The notes: generated from the sequence alone by a model not told the origin. DNA of 64,000 nt from Paraspadella gotoi (GCA_051294375.1 CM119268.1:22943427-23007426), one strand, 5' to 3'. Counted from the first letter of the stretch, positions 42,485-55,166 are shown. Numbers and translations: made by a program.

Positions 42485-44888
42485 ACGTGCTTCTTCCCAA
42501 AGACGAGAGCTCTGGACATGAGTTCCACGTTCGAGTGATCACTCAAAATCTTTTCGCAGGTAAAATTTGGATAAAGATTATGAACATAATTCAGATCGAC
42601 TCCTTTGCGGTCAAAGGCTTCGTTCTTCACGTGACAAGCTTGAAAATCTTTCTGCGAGGGCGAGAGAGAGGAAGAAATTTCATTATTTAATTAGCTAATT
42701 AATTTCCTCATTCATCTAAACATTTATTAAGTCTTACATTTATCCATCCAAACATTTATTCAACTTACTAATTTAAACAGTTCATTATTCAAATCCATCT
42801 ATTCAATCTATTATCCCATCCAACTTTTCATATAATCCAATTCAAACCCTTTTTGTTTCTTCATTCACCCAATCTATCCAATCCATCTATCCAATCTATC
42901 TATCCCCTTCTTTACCAGTTTAGGCAAAGGGCAGAACGCCATCACCCGAACGCCCTCAAGATCTTTCGTCTCCGACGAGCCGCACTTCCGCCCCGAGTTG
43001 GCGGGGCATTCGAACCTCCAGGGAGGCTTCAGCTTGGGCGGCACGTACGACTCCTCCATATCAGCTGGAGTGAAGCTGTAGACTTTTCGTCTGCTTCCTT
43101 CATCGACCAGTAGGAGAAGTTCGTTGTTGATGAGGCGCAAATACGCTGGGGTTTTTGGGAGAATGGACGAAGGTCTTATGTTCTAAGAACGCTAAATTTT
43201 ATCTTAAATTCAGAATTAAGTAATTTTTTTTTTGTTTAAATTAGTGATTTAAGTTATTGATTAAGGTTAGAGACTTGGTTTTAAATAAGGGTTAGGATTA
43301 AAGACTAGCGTTTGGGCTTACATGATAGAGGTTAGTTATTAAGGATAAGAATTCAGGGTAAAGGTTTAGTATTAGGTGAGGGATTAGTCTTAGGGGATGG
43401 GTTAAAATATATTTAAAAGAGAGCCAGAAACGGGGCACTCTCGGAAAAGAGAGCCCATGAATCTTGGGATTAAGAAAATAGGTCATCGTCATAAATTCAT
43501 TAATAATTATGTCGTCTTTCAACGTTGAACGTCCTCGTTTGACAAAGGCTGGCGCGAACAATAAACTAATAAAATACTAAAAATATTGAGGATGTATGAT
43601 GTTGTAATACATACACATTTAAACATTTTCTTACTTAAATCGATTACAGATTTGATCGGTCTGTCTGTCTGAAGAATCGCAGTCCCTTTTGACGAGATGA
43701 AATAGATGTATTCATAGATGTAAATCGTTTTGCTACAGTTTAATAAAATCATTTATTGATTATTATTCCATTATTATTTCATTAATTATTATTCCATTGA
43801 TTAAATTAGCACAAAAACAAACCGAGAGTTTATAATTTTGCTATATTAAACAATGTGTAATACACATTCAAGAGATTTAACTATCTCAATCAACGATAAG
43901 CAATGCTTATGCTTATGCTTATGCTTATTAAGCATATATAAGGAAGAAAAGATAGTTATTGAAAACGATAATAGAGGTCGCTTCGGCAACTTCGTAACTT
44001 TAAAACAAAAGTCCATCGCACGAATTTGAAAAAAAAAAAGGGTTAGAAAATAATATTTGTAATAAATCTTGAAGCATAGTACAAGGTATAAAGTAATAAA
44101 ATAATAAATCTCTTTAAAAAAAATCTCACACGTAATTAGGCTGAATTTTTCTCGCTTCGTCACAAGGATCAGTCAAGTATCTCGCTCTCGGTTTTCCTTC
44201 GTGATGAAACTGAAAACCAAACAAAAAAAACAAAAAAAACTAGAAAACAAAAGAAACTGCCTACCCCCCAAAATAAGCTAAAACAATATATCTTTGATCT
44301 GTTATAACCGGTGGCTGTGGTATTCCTCCCACACGGGATTCCTAGCGGGATTCCTCCATGGGATTCCTCACATCGGATTCCTCCCACACGGGATTCCTCC
44401 CCGCGGATTTCCTCCCCACACGGAATTCCTCCCCACAGGAATTCCTCCACACGGGATTCCTCCCCATGGAATTCCTCCCCATAGAATTCCTCCGCACATC
44501 GGGATCCTCCCACGCGGGATTCCTCCCACACGGGATTCCTCCCACGCGGGATTCCTCCCACACGGGATTCCTCCACGCGGGATTCTGCCCACACGGGATT
44601 CCTGGCCCACACGGGATTCCTCCCACGCGGGATTCCTCCCGAACATGCCAGTTTGGACCAAATTCCTGCAGGTTTACCAAATTATGCCAGTTGACTAAAT
44701 TATGCCTGTTTGACCTTTATGAACTTTCTTCCAGGTCCCGCATGAAGCAGAGGCTCGTAAGCAACGACTTCGGGTTCGGCTACGACGGGAATGTCGACGA
44801 CGAAGACGAAAAAGACGATGACGAAGAATAAATGAGTCGGATTTCGTTGTTTCGCCGCCAGATGGAACTTTGTCGTCGTCGTCGTCAT
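27870..44888 (-). CDS. Uncharacterised multi-exon type I membrane protein: signal peptide, beta-rich (possibly divergent Sema/propeller) region, Cys-rich region, FN3-like strand, TM helix, short tail. 3' end uncertain.
   Basis: Start [38 protein letters not shown] at 44888. Exons lie near 42920-43145, 42488-42652, 41345-41557 (..GSRILILG), 40115-40299 ([10 protein letters not shown]), 39236-39317, 38530-38670, 36934-37021, 35708-35828, 34925-35030, 34178-34410, 33305-33462, 32841-32928, 32585-32649, 32141-32250 ([17 protein letters not shown]), 29327-29477 (TM: [29 protein letters not shown]) and 29000-29104. Phases are consistent from ~35030 to 29000. Some upstream junctions and the tail are unresolved. 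Confidence 0.6.
29475..31775. repeat. 69-bp tandem repeat containing a splice acceptor, split into 29475-29615 and 31590-31775 by a ~2-kb insert
   Basis: aacctaagactgcatcg occurs at 29475, 29544, 31615 and 31684, with a degenerate copy at 31753. Confidence 0.85.
30400..30770 (+). mobile_element. Decayed non-LTR retrotransposon reverse transcriptase fragment
   Basis: Broken frames read [32 protein letters not shown], which matches the YADD catalytic region of LINE RTs. Confidence 0.65.
33491..34023. mobile_element. MITE-like element with telomere-like (CCCTAA/CCTTAA) interior, opposite orientation to the 20863 copy
   Basis: Left end GGGCTCTCTTTTCCGAGAG, right end GCTCTGAAAAAATAAAGCC, hexamer-derived array at 33660-33960. 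Confidence 0.6.
35057..35693. repeat. Intronic 21-bp minisatellite AACGACGAATTC(G/A)CCGCAATC, about 30 copies
   Basis: Highly homogeneous array that fills almost the whole intron and explains the [14 protein letters not shown] ORFs. Confidence 0.95.
35857..36295. repeat. Intronic 17-bp minisatellite GTGATC(G/C)ACTCC(A/T)TCAA, about 26 copies
   Basis: Direct inspection shows a period of 17. Confidence 0.95.
37484..38361 (+). mobile_element. Non-autonomous Tc1/mariner-superfamily DNA transposon (878 bp)
   Basis: 33-bp TIRs C(T/C)CCGTGAGCCAAATCCGATGATACGAAAGAAA with TA on both flanks (37482-83, 38362-63). The internal relic FWF..NDAPA..WLTKQFP resembles the FQQDGAPAH transposase motif. It is inserted within a TTAGGATTAGTGGG array. 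Confidence 0.85.
39015..39250 (-). repeat. 41-bp tandem repeat x6 spanning donor CTGCATCTCAAAG|GTT
   Basis: gagatgcag recurs at 39034, 39075, 39116, 39157, 39198 and 39239. Confidence 0.9.
43172..43457. mobile_element. Third, more diverged copy of the telomere-like MITE
   Basis: GGTCTTATGTTCTAAGAACG ... CTCTCGGAAAAGAGAGCCC with a ttaggg-like interior. Confidence 0.5.
44331..44642. repeat. 16-17-bp minisatellite GGATTCCTCCC(A)CACG
   Basis: About 18 degenerate copies, intronic. Confidence 0.9.
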
Positions 44889-45050
44889 CTTCGTTGTCGT
44901 CGTCGTCGACCTGAATTTTTTCTTCTTTAATTCGATGAAAAACGAAAAAATAAAAAAGTAAAAAGAAAAAGAAGAAAATGAAAAAGAGAATCGTTAGTGC
45001 GGACGTGTTATGGAAATCTTTCCTCTCTCTCTCTCTCTTCCGTCTCTCTC

Positions 45051-45083
<33 letters not shown>

Positions 45084-45323
45084 TCTCTCTCCTCTCCTCT
45101 CTCTCTCTCTCTTCTCTCTCTCTCTCAATAAGCAACGTGAGCCAAAGGGTTCCAAACTCGGACCTGCAGCCCAACGCAGGGGGTCATTCCTGGCGGATCT
45201 TCTTACTCTCCTTACCCTAAAGGTAAGTCTGCTCAGACCCACCTCATCGCTGATCATTGGTTCCCCGCGGAATAAAACCAACGGAAAAGATCGTCTTCCT
45301 TCAAAGGGTCAAGTTTATGGCTC

Positions 45324-45706
45324 AAATTGGCCATCGTCAGATCAACAAATTGGCCTCTGACAGCTTAACGAATTGGCCTATGTCAGCCCAACCAATTGGC
45401 CTCTAATAACCCACCAAATTAGCCTTGTTTAGCCCAATAAATTGGCCTCCCAAAGCTAACATATTGGCCTCTATAAGACCAACAAATTGGCCTCAATAAG
45501 ACCAACAAATTGGCCTCTATAAGATCAACAAATTGGCCTCAATAAGACCAACAAATTGGCCCCTCAACCCAGTACATTGGCTTCTGTTAGCCCAACGAAT
45601 TGTCTTCCGATAGCTTAACAAATTAGCCTCTGTCAGCCCAACCAATTGGTCACCGTCAGCCCAAGAAAATGGCCTCCGTCGGGCCATCAAGTCCGACGTT
45701 GGCCTC
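45324..45706. repeat. Degenerate ~21-22-bp repeat AATTGGCCTC...ACCAACA
   Basis: Recurrent attggcct cores. Confidence 0.8.
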
Positions 45707-48700
45707 AAAACTTTTTCCCGTTGTCCAATTATCTCCTTCTCTTCCTATTCCTCCTCCTCCTCCTCCTCCTCCTCCTCCTTTGTTTCTTGATTTCGTCCAA
45801 AAAAAATATTTTGAAAAAGTTTTTTGTTTGTTTCTCTCTTGTTTCGTTCTTTTATGTTTCTTTGTTTCGTCCAGATGAACTTGGATATTTGATGGAACTC
45901 GACAATTTTCTCACAATAGGAGCTCTGTCACGAGGGAAGACCTGTCACGGCCGTGTCACCTGTCACGGCCGCGTCACTGTTGTTGTGTCGCTACCGAGAT
46001 TGCGATCGGTTTTGGGGGGGGGAGGTGAGGGCAAGATTCGTCGTCGTCGTCGTCGTCGTCGTCGTCATCCGGTTTCGAATTTCTGTCGGCGAAACAAAAG
46101 AAAATCCAATTTTCTGATTCGAAATTTTTTTCTTTTCGTTTCTTCATCCTTTCACTAGTTTGTTTGTTTGTTTGTTTAAGTATTTAGTCTTTCATGATTT
46201 GCTTTCACCCTTTAATATGTATAAACTTCAGGGTTTAGATACAGAAACGATTCTTCGATTCTTAAAATGTTGAAATAAGCAGCACTGACTAACGTACTAC
46301 TAAAAAATAAACAAAAAAGGTCAGAATTATGAATTTAAATTTTAAGAGTTGCCTCTTCTTTTTGACTATGTCTGTAATTTTTTTACTTTTTTTATATATT
46401 TTTTCTGTGACTTTTCTTTACTTTTGTTTTATTTTTTTGAGTTATTTTAACCGATTGGTTAAGACTTAAAACTTGGTTAATTTTGTCTCCATTTCTAAGC
46501 TTTAATCAACTATGAGCAGAATTTTTTTTCTTTCTTTTCATATCTAACTATTTATTTTTTCAGATAAGCGCAGTTGCTACTTAAGGGATTATTTTTTAAA
46601 ATTTCTTATCTTAACCTTCAAACTTTCTTTAAAAAAAATTCAATTATATCCCAAGGAAATTTGCGAAAACAAATCATGACAAAAAAAACCTTTTTTTCCC
46701 TTTTTTTTCTTATCTAACTTCCTCTTCTTTTCCTTTTATCTCTAATTCACTTTTCTTTTCTTCTCTTTCTATTCTTATCTAAAAATAACCTTTAGATTTT
46801 ATTGTGCCTTTGTTTACTTCGACAATTTATGAGGTTATGGAAAAAACGCTGTAAAAAGCTGTTTGAATTTTTTCCGCTTGAAAACAGAAAATGATGACGA
46901 AGATGATGACAACGAAAATAATGACAATGATGACAGTACCTATTTCAGTTAAATTTAACTCCCCGCCATCACTCATTACAATGCCCTTAAAAACTCGAAA
47001 CTGTTTTTCTCCCAATCGCTTTTTTTATGCTGCGAATCGATTTTCTATGGGGCGATAATGACGCCAAATATTAGACGCTGGCATTTACAAACAAGAGTCC
47101 CCTTAAGTCGCCTTTCAATGAGGCGCTAACGAACCAAAAAACGAACCCTTAAGAACTCGGAAAAACCAATAATTTAAGGTTTTTCAAAAATAGAATTTGA
47201 TGAAAATATAAAAAAATTAAAAATAATATTTTCGGAATTCTACAAGAAAAACAAAAAACATTGGTTATAACTTTCCGATTTATTTAACATGTTTTTGTTT
47301 TTAAAAAAGAAAAAATTTTAAACTTTCTCCTAATCTATCAATAAAAATGTGTATCACGGACCTACACGAAAAAGATAATTTGAGCTACACTTCAAAAGAA
47401 AATAGTTTTTACAGTTCCTTAGTATAAATAATAAATAAAATATACTATCAACTGTATCTATAGGAATTTGACTCATAGTTCAAATCTTTCCTTTTCGAAT
47501 CGTGAAAAGTACGGACTCGACCGTAAGCGTTACCTTACAGGCTTACACTCCTATTGTTCTCGAGATATAATCATTCCTCCTTGTAAACGGAACTCGTAAA
47601 CCGAGAAAAATACTCGTAATAAGCGAATCTCGTTATAAGCGAATCTTTTTTTCTCTTCTGTTCGTTTGACCCGAACTTCCTTTTCCTTCTCTTTCTCTCT
47701 CTCAATTTTTGAAATTCTAATTAATGTAATTATTAATAACTAATTAATTATGTTGATAATTTATAATAATTTGTCACTAATTAATTTAATTTAATTTTAA
47801 ATTATTTAATTCTCGATCACCTCCTTTTTCTTCTTCTTATTTCCTCCCCTTCTTCCTCCTCCTCCTCCTCCTCCTCCTCCTCTCTCTCCGTATTCGATTT
47901 CCATCATTTGATGGAATCGTAACATTTTGTTCCGTTAAAGATCGTTGTCGTCGTCGTCGTCTTCATCGTCGTCTTCATCGTCGTCGTCTTCATCGTCATC
48001 GTCTTCGTCGTCGTCGTCGCTTTCATCGTCGTCGTCGTCATCGTCTTTCCATTCCTCAAACGTTTCATTTACTTCTCTCGCCACTCACGCCGAAAATATT
48101 TTAAATGATTAATGGATAATTCTACTTAGTTAAAATACGTATTTATACTAGTTCAAAGACAAGGCAGGAAATTTGATTTGTAACATTTTAAGCTCGTCTT
48201 CTTTTGGAAAATTTATTTTTTACACATTAATATATTTTTTAAAAATAATATTTTGAATTATAATTTTGAAATTTTTGGGAAATTCTTAACTGATTTTTAA
48301 AGGTTTTAAAAAAAGAAAATTTAACAATGTTCTTTGAATTTACCTTCATTAGTTTTCACGATATTTCACTTTGTTGTTAAAATTAAAAATAAATAAACAA
48401 AACCCAAAAATATTTAAAAATTTTGCGAAAATCTTTTGTTTTACAAATTTTTCGATTCTTCGTCAAAATTTTCGTTGAATCGAGAAAAAAGACGCGAAAA
48501 ATTATGTCGCTAAATATTTTTGTTGCGGTTGTTGTTGTCGTCGTCGTTGTCGGTCGGTCACCCCCCCCTTTATTAAAAAGAAAAAGCGAAAAATCGCAAA
48601 AAAGTTTAAATTTATCTTTGTGTTGTTGATTCTGATTTGTGGTTCAGATTTGGCGGCCAAATTTGATCCTTGACGCTTTTGACGCATTCGGCATCGTTGT

Positions 48701-49815
48701 TATCGTCGTCGTCGTCGTCGTCGTCGTCGACGCATCCATCGACAAATCGACGCCCATAAAAATCTCTGTCGTTTTCTTTTTCGATTAAAAATCACAATTT
48801 CTCTCATTAAATCAAATTCAATTAAATCTTTTTCAAATTTTAGATATAAACAAAGAAAGTTAACACAAACCCTCGTCAAAACAAACTCTAGAACATAAAA
48901 ATTAAAACTAAGAGAACAAAGTAACAATTAGAACAAAAAAGTAAAACATCAACTCCAACATAAAAAAGAGAAGAAAAAATCAAAGGATATAAATTTCACT
49001 CTTCCTTCCGCAATTTTTCTCCAAATCTTAATTTTTCATTTCTAAAGATGGAAACTCATTCCAAAGGTAAAGCCAGGTTGATAAGTCAGCTTAATTATTT
49101 TGTCCAAAAATAAGTAAATCACTTACATTACAAGAAAGAAAAATGTATGTCATTATTTTGAATTTAATTTAATTATAAAAATCTGTGATTAGAAAATTTT
49201 AAAATTCTTTTTTTGGATTTTTTAAGAGAAAAATGTCGGTTGAATGAAATTAGGTCAAAATCCCGAGAAAGAATTTTCTTTGAGTTAATCAGGGTTTTTT
49301 TTAATTAATCATTAATAATTATTAATAATTAATAATAATTAATTGTATCAAACGTTATTTTCACCGAATTCACTCATTTAATTGAGAATTAATTAAGTTT
49401 TCCGCATGAATAAACTTCAGCTTCATTATACTTATACTTATATATTTAATATTATTTATAATTTTTTATCTTAAGTCGATAAATTAGATTTATGAAAATT
49501 AAAATAATAAAATAACCTATTTTCTCTCTCTCTCTTTCTCTCATCTTTTTCATTTATAATTCGTTCAAGAAAAAGCGAAAAATATTTATAAAAAAGCAAT
49601 TTTAGCTAAAAAAATTTAATTACATCAATAAATGATAACTTTAACGAAATTTAAACAATTATTAATTAATTTATTAAAACAGGAAAGACATCATCGCCAC
49701 CTCCATCTCCCGGTGCGGACCCGGAAAGCGGCGCCACCGGCAGCGCCATCTGCCGGTCTGCCGACCCCGGCGCCGACCCTCACGATTTTCCATCTTATTT
49801 TCCAACTCCGTCTCT

Positions 49816-49853
<38 letters not shown>

Positions 49854-50104
49854 ATCGGCATGAATCTCCTCTTCCCGTCTTCGCCTCTTCCTCCTCCTTA
49901 TCTCTCACCGCGTCGTTGTCCTCTTCTCACTTTAAACCATTGGCTCCTCCTCCTCTTCCTCCTCCCATTCTATCTTCCTCCCTCGGTTACAGAAGCCTTT
50001 CTTCCTTCCCTCCTTCCTCCTACCCTTCCTCTCTCCTTCCTTTCTTCCTTCCTCCCTTCTCCCCTTTCTCCTCTTCCTCCTCCTCCTCCACTTCTTCGAA
50101 CGCC

Positions 50105-52351
50105 ATGGCGGCCGCCGCCGCCGCCTACAGCGCTCAACTCCATGCCCTGCAGCAAGGTCTACAGCATCAGAATCTGCAGCATTCGCCCATGCCGCAACCT
50201 GAGAGCCGAAGCGCTTCTATCGTTTCGGACGATGCCCTTTTTCGAGCCCTGGTCTCAGCCCCTACTCCCTCAGCCCTGACGGCCCCTCGCCCTTCTCCTC
50301 TTCTTCACGCCCATCCTCTCTTACTCAGCGCCCTCTCCGGGGCTCGGTATCCCGGCGGGGCCCTCGCCTTACCGGGTGTGCCGCCTGGGGCCAACCCCTT
50401 TCTGGGCGAGGGCGGATGCGACCCTAAACCGGCTCATTCGTACATCGGTCTCATCGCGATGGCAATTCTGTCATCAAATGATAAGAAACTCATCCTGAGT
50501 GATATCTATCAGGTGAGATTTATGTCAGAAGAGAGGTATATTAGGTAAGGGACTAACCATGAGATTGGTCTATTTTATGGAACTGCCACTAAAGAGGTCC
50601 GACGGGTAAGATAAGTGTCGCAAAAGCCAGCAAGTTGAGAAATTATAAAAATATTAATAATATTAAATCTCATTTGCATATTGTAATAATGATTATATTT
50701 TATATAGTTTGAATACAGAGATAAGAAAGTCCCTAGTTCTCTCATGAGAAAAACATGAAAAAGAAATTTTGCCATCGTGAAAAGATTTGACTTTTTTGTC
50801 ATGAATTTTTTTCTTTTTTATTTTGACAAAACAATTTAAGACTATGCAACGTTTAGCAGTTAATTGCGTATTAATTAATCAAAATCTTTTCAGCATTCGT
50901 TATAAATGATTGTAGTTACGGCATCAATAACAACGTAAAAATCCTGGAACTGTATCTGTATTTTCATTTTTATAAATACCAAAAACAGTATTGTCAGAAA
51001 CAGTAACAAAGTAAAAGACTAGAAAACGGTAAACATGTAAAATCTAAACTATTAAACTATAAACAACAAAAACAAAAGTCACTAACGTTTAAAAATTGTT
51101 GAATAAAATGTTATGAACTAATTCATAAGAAACTGTAAAACATAACGTTCAAGAACGTTCAAAGAAAAGAAGCCAAAATCATAAAAACCAGAAACAGTAA
51201 AACAGTAAAACGAAAAACGTCAAGTTCAAAACGTTAATAAAACGTTCAAAAATTATAAAACGTCATTATAATTATGTAATGCCTAGTGTATAACATATAC
51301 CCAAAAATGTATAATTATAAGTTGTTGAAGTAAAGAGCAGAGGGACCATAAAGTTACTCTAACTGTTACTGTTTTTGTATTCAATTGAGTTAATATCGTT
51401 TTTGTTATTAATAAAAAAATGATTGTAGTTGATTGTAGTTTTTCATTTTATTGTGGTCTCTCTGCCCTTTACTGTAACACATTATATTTATACATTAAAA
51501 AAAATAACAAAATAACATTAGATTTGATTTGGTTATATTTTTGTTATCAGTGTAGTTTTTATTTGTTTACCGTCTTCCAGTCTTTTTACCGTTACTCTTT
51601 TTTGTATTCAATTTTGCTAACATCGTTTTTGTTATTAATAAAAAAAAAGTTACTTGTTCCTTGTTTACGCATTATGCACTTCTATATTATTCAACATTTG
51701 GTTGATGTTTATATCTTTTAAACGTGTTTTTCTTTTTAATGTTTTTTACGTTTTTTAACGTTTCAATCTTTTGCTTTACGAATTGGTTTTACGAATTGCT
51801 AAAGATTATAAGGACACAATGTCATCGTATCATTCGATTCAGTTATCGCTTATCACTAATCCCTCTCATTGTCATTGTATCATTCGATCCAGTTACCAGT
51901 TATCACTAATCCCTCTCATTGTCATCATATCATACGATCCAGTTATCAATTATCTCTAATCCCTCTCATTGTCATCGTATCATTCGATCCAGTTATCGCT
52001 TATCACTAATCCCTCTCATTGTCATCATATCATACAATCCAGTTATCGCTTATCACTAATTCCTCTCATTGTCATCGTATCATATGATCCAGTTATCGCT
52101 TATCACTAATCCCTCTCATTGACCTCCCCCTTGCACAGTGGATTCTCGACAACTACGCCTATTTTCGTAATCGGGGTCCAGGATGGAGAAATTCCATCAG
52201 ACACAATCTTTCTCTTAACGATTGCTTCGTCAAAGCTGGAAGAGCAGCCAATGGAAAGGGACACTTCTGGGCGATCCATCCCGCCAACGTTAGCGACTTT
52301 GCCAAGGGGGATTTTAGGTGAGGGAGAGAGAGAGAGAGAGAGGGAGAGAGG

Positions 52352-52391
<40 letters not shown>

Positions 52392-53802
52392 ATTCTTAGT
52401 GCGTGGTAAAGGGCTGCTTTTTAAAATTAAATGTGTCGTTTAACTCCTTTCTTTTCTTTTCTTTTCTTTTCTTTTCTTTTCTTTCTTCCTTTCTTTCTTT
52501 TCCTTTCCTTTCCTTTCCTTTCCTCCTTTCCTTTCCTTTCCTTTCCTTTCCTTCCTTTCCTTTCCTTTCCTTTCTTTCCTTTTTTTCTTTTCCTTTCTTT
52601 TATTTTCTTTCCTTCCTTTCCTTTCCTTTTCCTTCCTTCCTCTCCTCTCCTCTCCCTTTCCTTTCTTTTCCTTTCCTTTCCTTTCATTTCCATTCCTTTC
52701 TTTTCATTCCTTTTTTCTCTTCTCTTCCTCCTCACTTCCTCCTTCTTCTTCTCCTCCTCACTCTGCTCCTCAACCACCTTCCCTTTTCCCTCTCTCCCTC
52801 TCTCCCTCCCTCTCTTCTCCTCTCTCTCTCACCCCTCTTCCCCTCTCCCTCCCTCTCTCCCTCCCTCTCCCTCCCTTCTCTCCCTCCTCTCTCCCTCCCT
52901 CTCCCTCCCTTCCTCCTTCCCAAGACGCCGCGCGCCCCAACGTCGCGTCCGCAAACACATGGGCCTCTCAGTTCCGACGACGACGACGACGACGACGACG
53001 ACTCGGACAGCGCCACCTCTCCCTTTCCATCCGCCAATTTCCCCGCCATTCGCCGCTCCGACTTCCTCATCCTCCACGCCCCGCCGAGCCGCTCCGCCGC
53101 CCCCAACGACGCCGCTCTCCCCGGTGACGCCGCCAGGAGGACGCCGCTCTCCTCTCTCGCCGTGGCGCCGCCCGGGCCACGCCCATTCTCCCCCGACGGA
53201 GCGGCGTCATTCGGCGTCCTCGAACCGGCGCTACTTTTTGGCCGACGTTGAAGATCGACGCCCGTCTTTCGTGGAGAGACTGTCGTCTCGCCGACGAATT
53301 TGTCGGTCTCGAAGTCGGTCGCCGATCGAAGGATCTCATCGCTCGGTCGGTCGGTCCACCTCCCCTGGCCGACAAGGACCTCCGTCGCTCGATGGCGCTC
53401 GGATCGACGCCGATTTGAGAGAAAGCGTCGGCCTGGCTGCTTCGTCGTCGGCTGCTTCGTCGTTTCCCGTGAATCTAACGACGAAGTCTCGACGATTTGA
53501 AGACGAAGTCGTCGCAGCAACTGATGCTACAGCAGCAATATCTCCGAATGCTGCAGAAGCAATATCTCCGAATGCTGCAGCAGCAAATTCCCCGAATGAT
53601 GCAGCAACAATTTCGACGAATTCCGCTTTGAACTTTACGCAAGTTGCGGCAGAACACATTTTTTTAAACGCTGCAGCAGCGACTTCAGCAGCATCGACTG
53701 CAGCATCCACTACATCGTCTCGAAGCTGGAGAAGCGAAGACCTTCGTCGTAAATCGTCGTCGTCGTCGTCGTCTTCGTCGCGAAGTACAACGCCGACGGA
53801 AA

Positions 53803-53860
<58 letters not shown>

Positions 53861-54026
53861 AGGAGGAGGAGGAGGAGGAGGAAAGTCGGCTTCAATAGCG
53901 GCGACGGGGAGATTCAATGACAACAACCACAATGAGAATAATCCAAACAACAACAACAACAACAACGAAAATAATAATTACAACGGAAGTTTTTCCGTGG
54001 AAAGTCTTTTGGGGAGAAGAAGATGA
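50105..54026 (+). CDS. FOXQ2: Forkhead box Q2-class transcription factor with C-terminal Eh1 motif; exons 50105-50512, 52139-52317, 52925-54026
   Basis: The spliced forkhead domain reads [29 protein letters not shown]|[59 protein letters not shown]|[13 protein letters not shown], which is diagnostic of FoxQ2/fd102C. The protein ends [11 protein letters not shown]. The start could be ATG 49860 if there is an indel upstream. Confidence 0.92.
51820..52120 (+). repeat. 50-bp tandem repeat x6 carrying a branch-point-like CACTAAT in FoxQ2 intron 1
   Basis: tatc(a/t)ctaat recurs at 51851, 51901, 51951, 52001, 52051 and 52101. The acceptor AG is at 52137-52138. Confidence 0.9.
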
Positions 54027-54430
54027 TGATGATGACAGAAATGATGACAGAAATGGAGATGACAGAAATGATGACAGAAATAGAGATGACTAAATGATGA
54101 CTGAAATTATAACAGAATGAAGATGACAGAAATAATTACAGAAATGGAGATGACAGAAATGACAGAAATGGAGATGACAGAAATGAGAATGACCGTCCTG
54201 ATGACAGAAATAATGACAGAAATAACCACATAAATGACAGAAAGGACGATGAAAGAAATGACTACGGAAATGATGACAGAAATGACAAAAATATTATGAC
54301 ATATTTGATGACAGAATTGATGAGAGAAATAATGACAAAAATGATGACAGAAATGAAGAAAACATAACATGTAATTGATGACCGGAATGAAAATAAGAGA
54401 AATGACAGAAACAAAAATGACATTGATCAG
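54027..54430 (+). repeat. Degenerate GATGACAGAAAT array immediately 3' of the FoxQ2 stop codon
   Basis: Direct inspection. Confidence 0.85.
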
Positions 54431-54989
54431 ATTTCAGATGACAAAAACGAAAATTGAAAATCAATGATGAATTCATTTCATTAAGAAAATAAATATTTGT
54501 CGTTATCTACTGTACTGAGGAATACCGATCCCATTATTCGTGTCCCATTTTATTTCAATCGTCCTTTTAATTACAAATTGCTTGTACTGTACGAACTGTA
54601 TTTGCGGTCAGATTGTCTCTTCTTTTATATTATGTCTAATACAACCATTCTAAAAATATAAAATTGGTTTTTGATTTAATTATTTAAAATTTAATCTCAA
54701 ACAAAAAAGTGCCATCTTAACAGCGACCGAAATTAACAGTTAGATTCAACTCGTTAGTCTGAACTCTTCGTTGTATACATAGTTAGGGAAAAATATACTA
54801 AAATTAAACATTCTGTATAAAACTCGAAGAGTGGATATTTCATCCGCCTTTAGCTTTACATACGTACTCATTTTCCAGTCTTTCTGTCATTCAGCAACTC
54901 CAGATTCTTTAAACCAATCAATTATTTTGTTTGTCAAAAATCGCTTAAATCTCCTTTTATTTATGAAATTTTACCTTTTGCCTACTTTT

Positions 54990-55166
54990 TCTGCCAATCA
55001 GTCTAGATGGTCACTATTTCGCGAGCCAATCAGCGCTTCGTCCCCCTCACCTATTTTCTCAGCCAATCAACGCTTCGCCTCTTTATCTCAGCCAATCAGC
55101 GCTTCGCACCTTTTAACCCCCATTAGCCAATCAGCGCCATTTTTTTTCTCTTTTTAACCAATCACA
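54990..55166 (+). promoter_or_regulatory. Cluster of six RCCAATCA (NF-Y-like) boxes spaced ~29-37 bp apart
   Basis: ccaatca occurs at about 54993, 55026, 55063, 55092, 55126 and 55159. Function is unproven and it may be a degenerate repeat. Confidence 0.35.

Noticed and set aside
44169-44831. Overlapping GIPP/EESRV repeat ORFs
   Set aside because: Translations of a 16-17-bp minisatellite.
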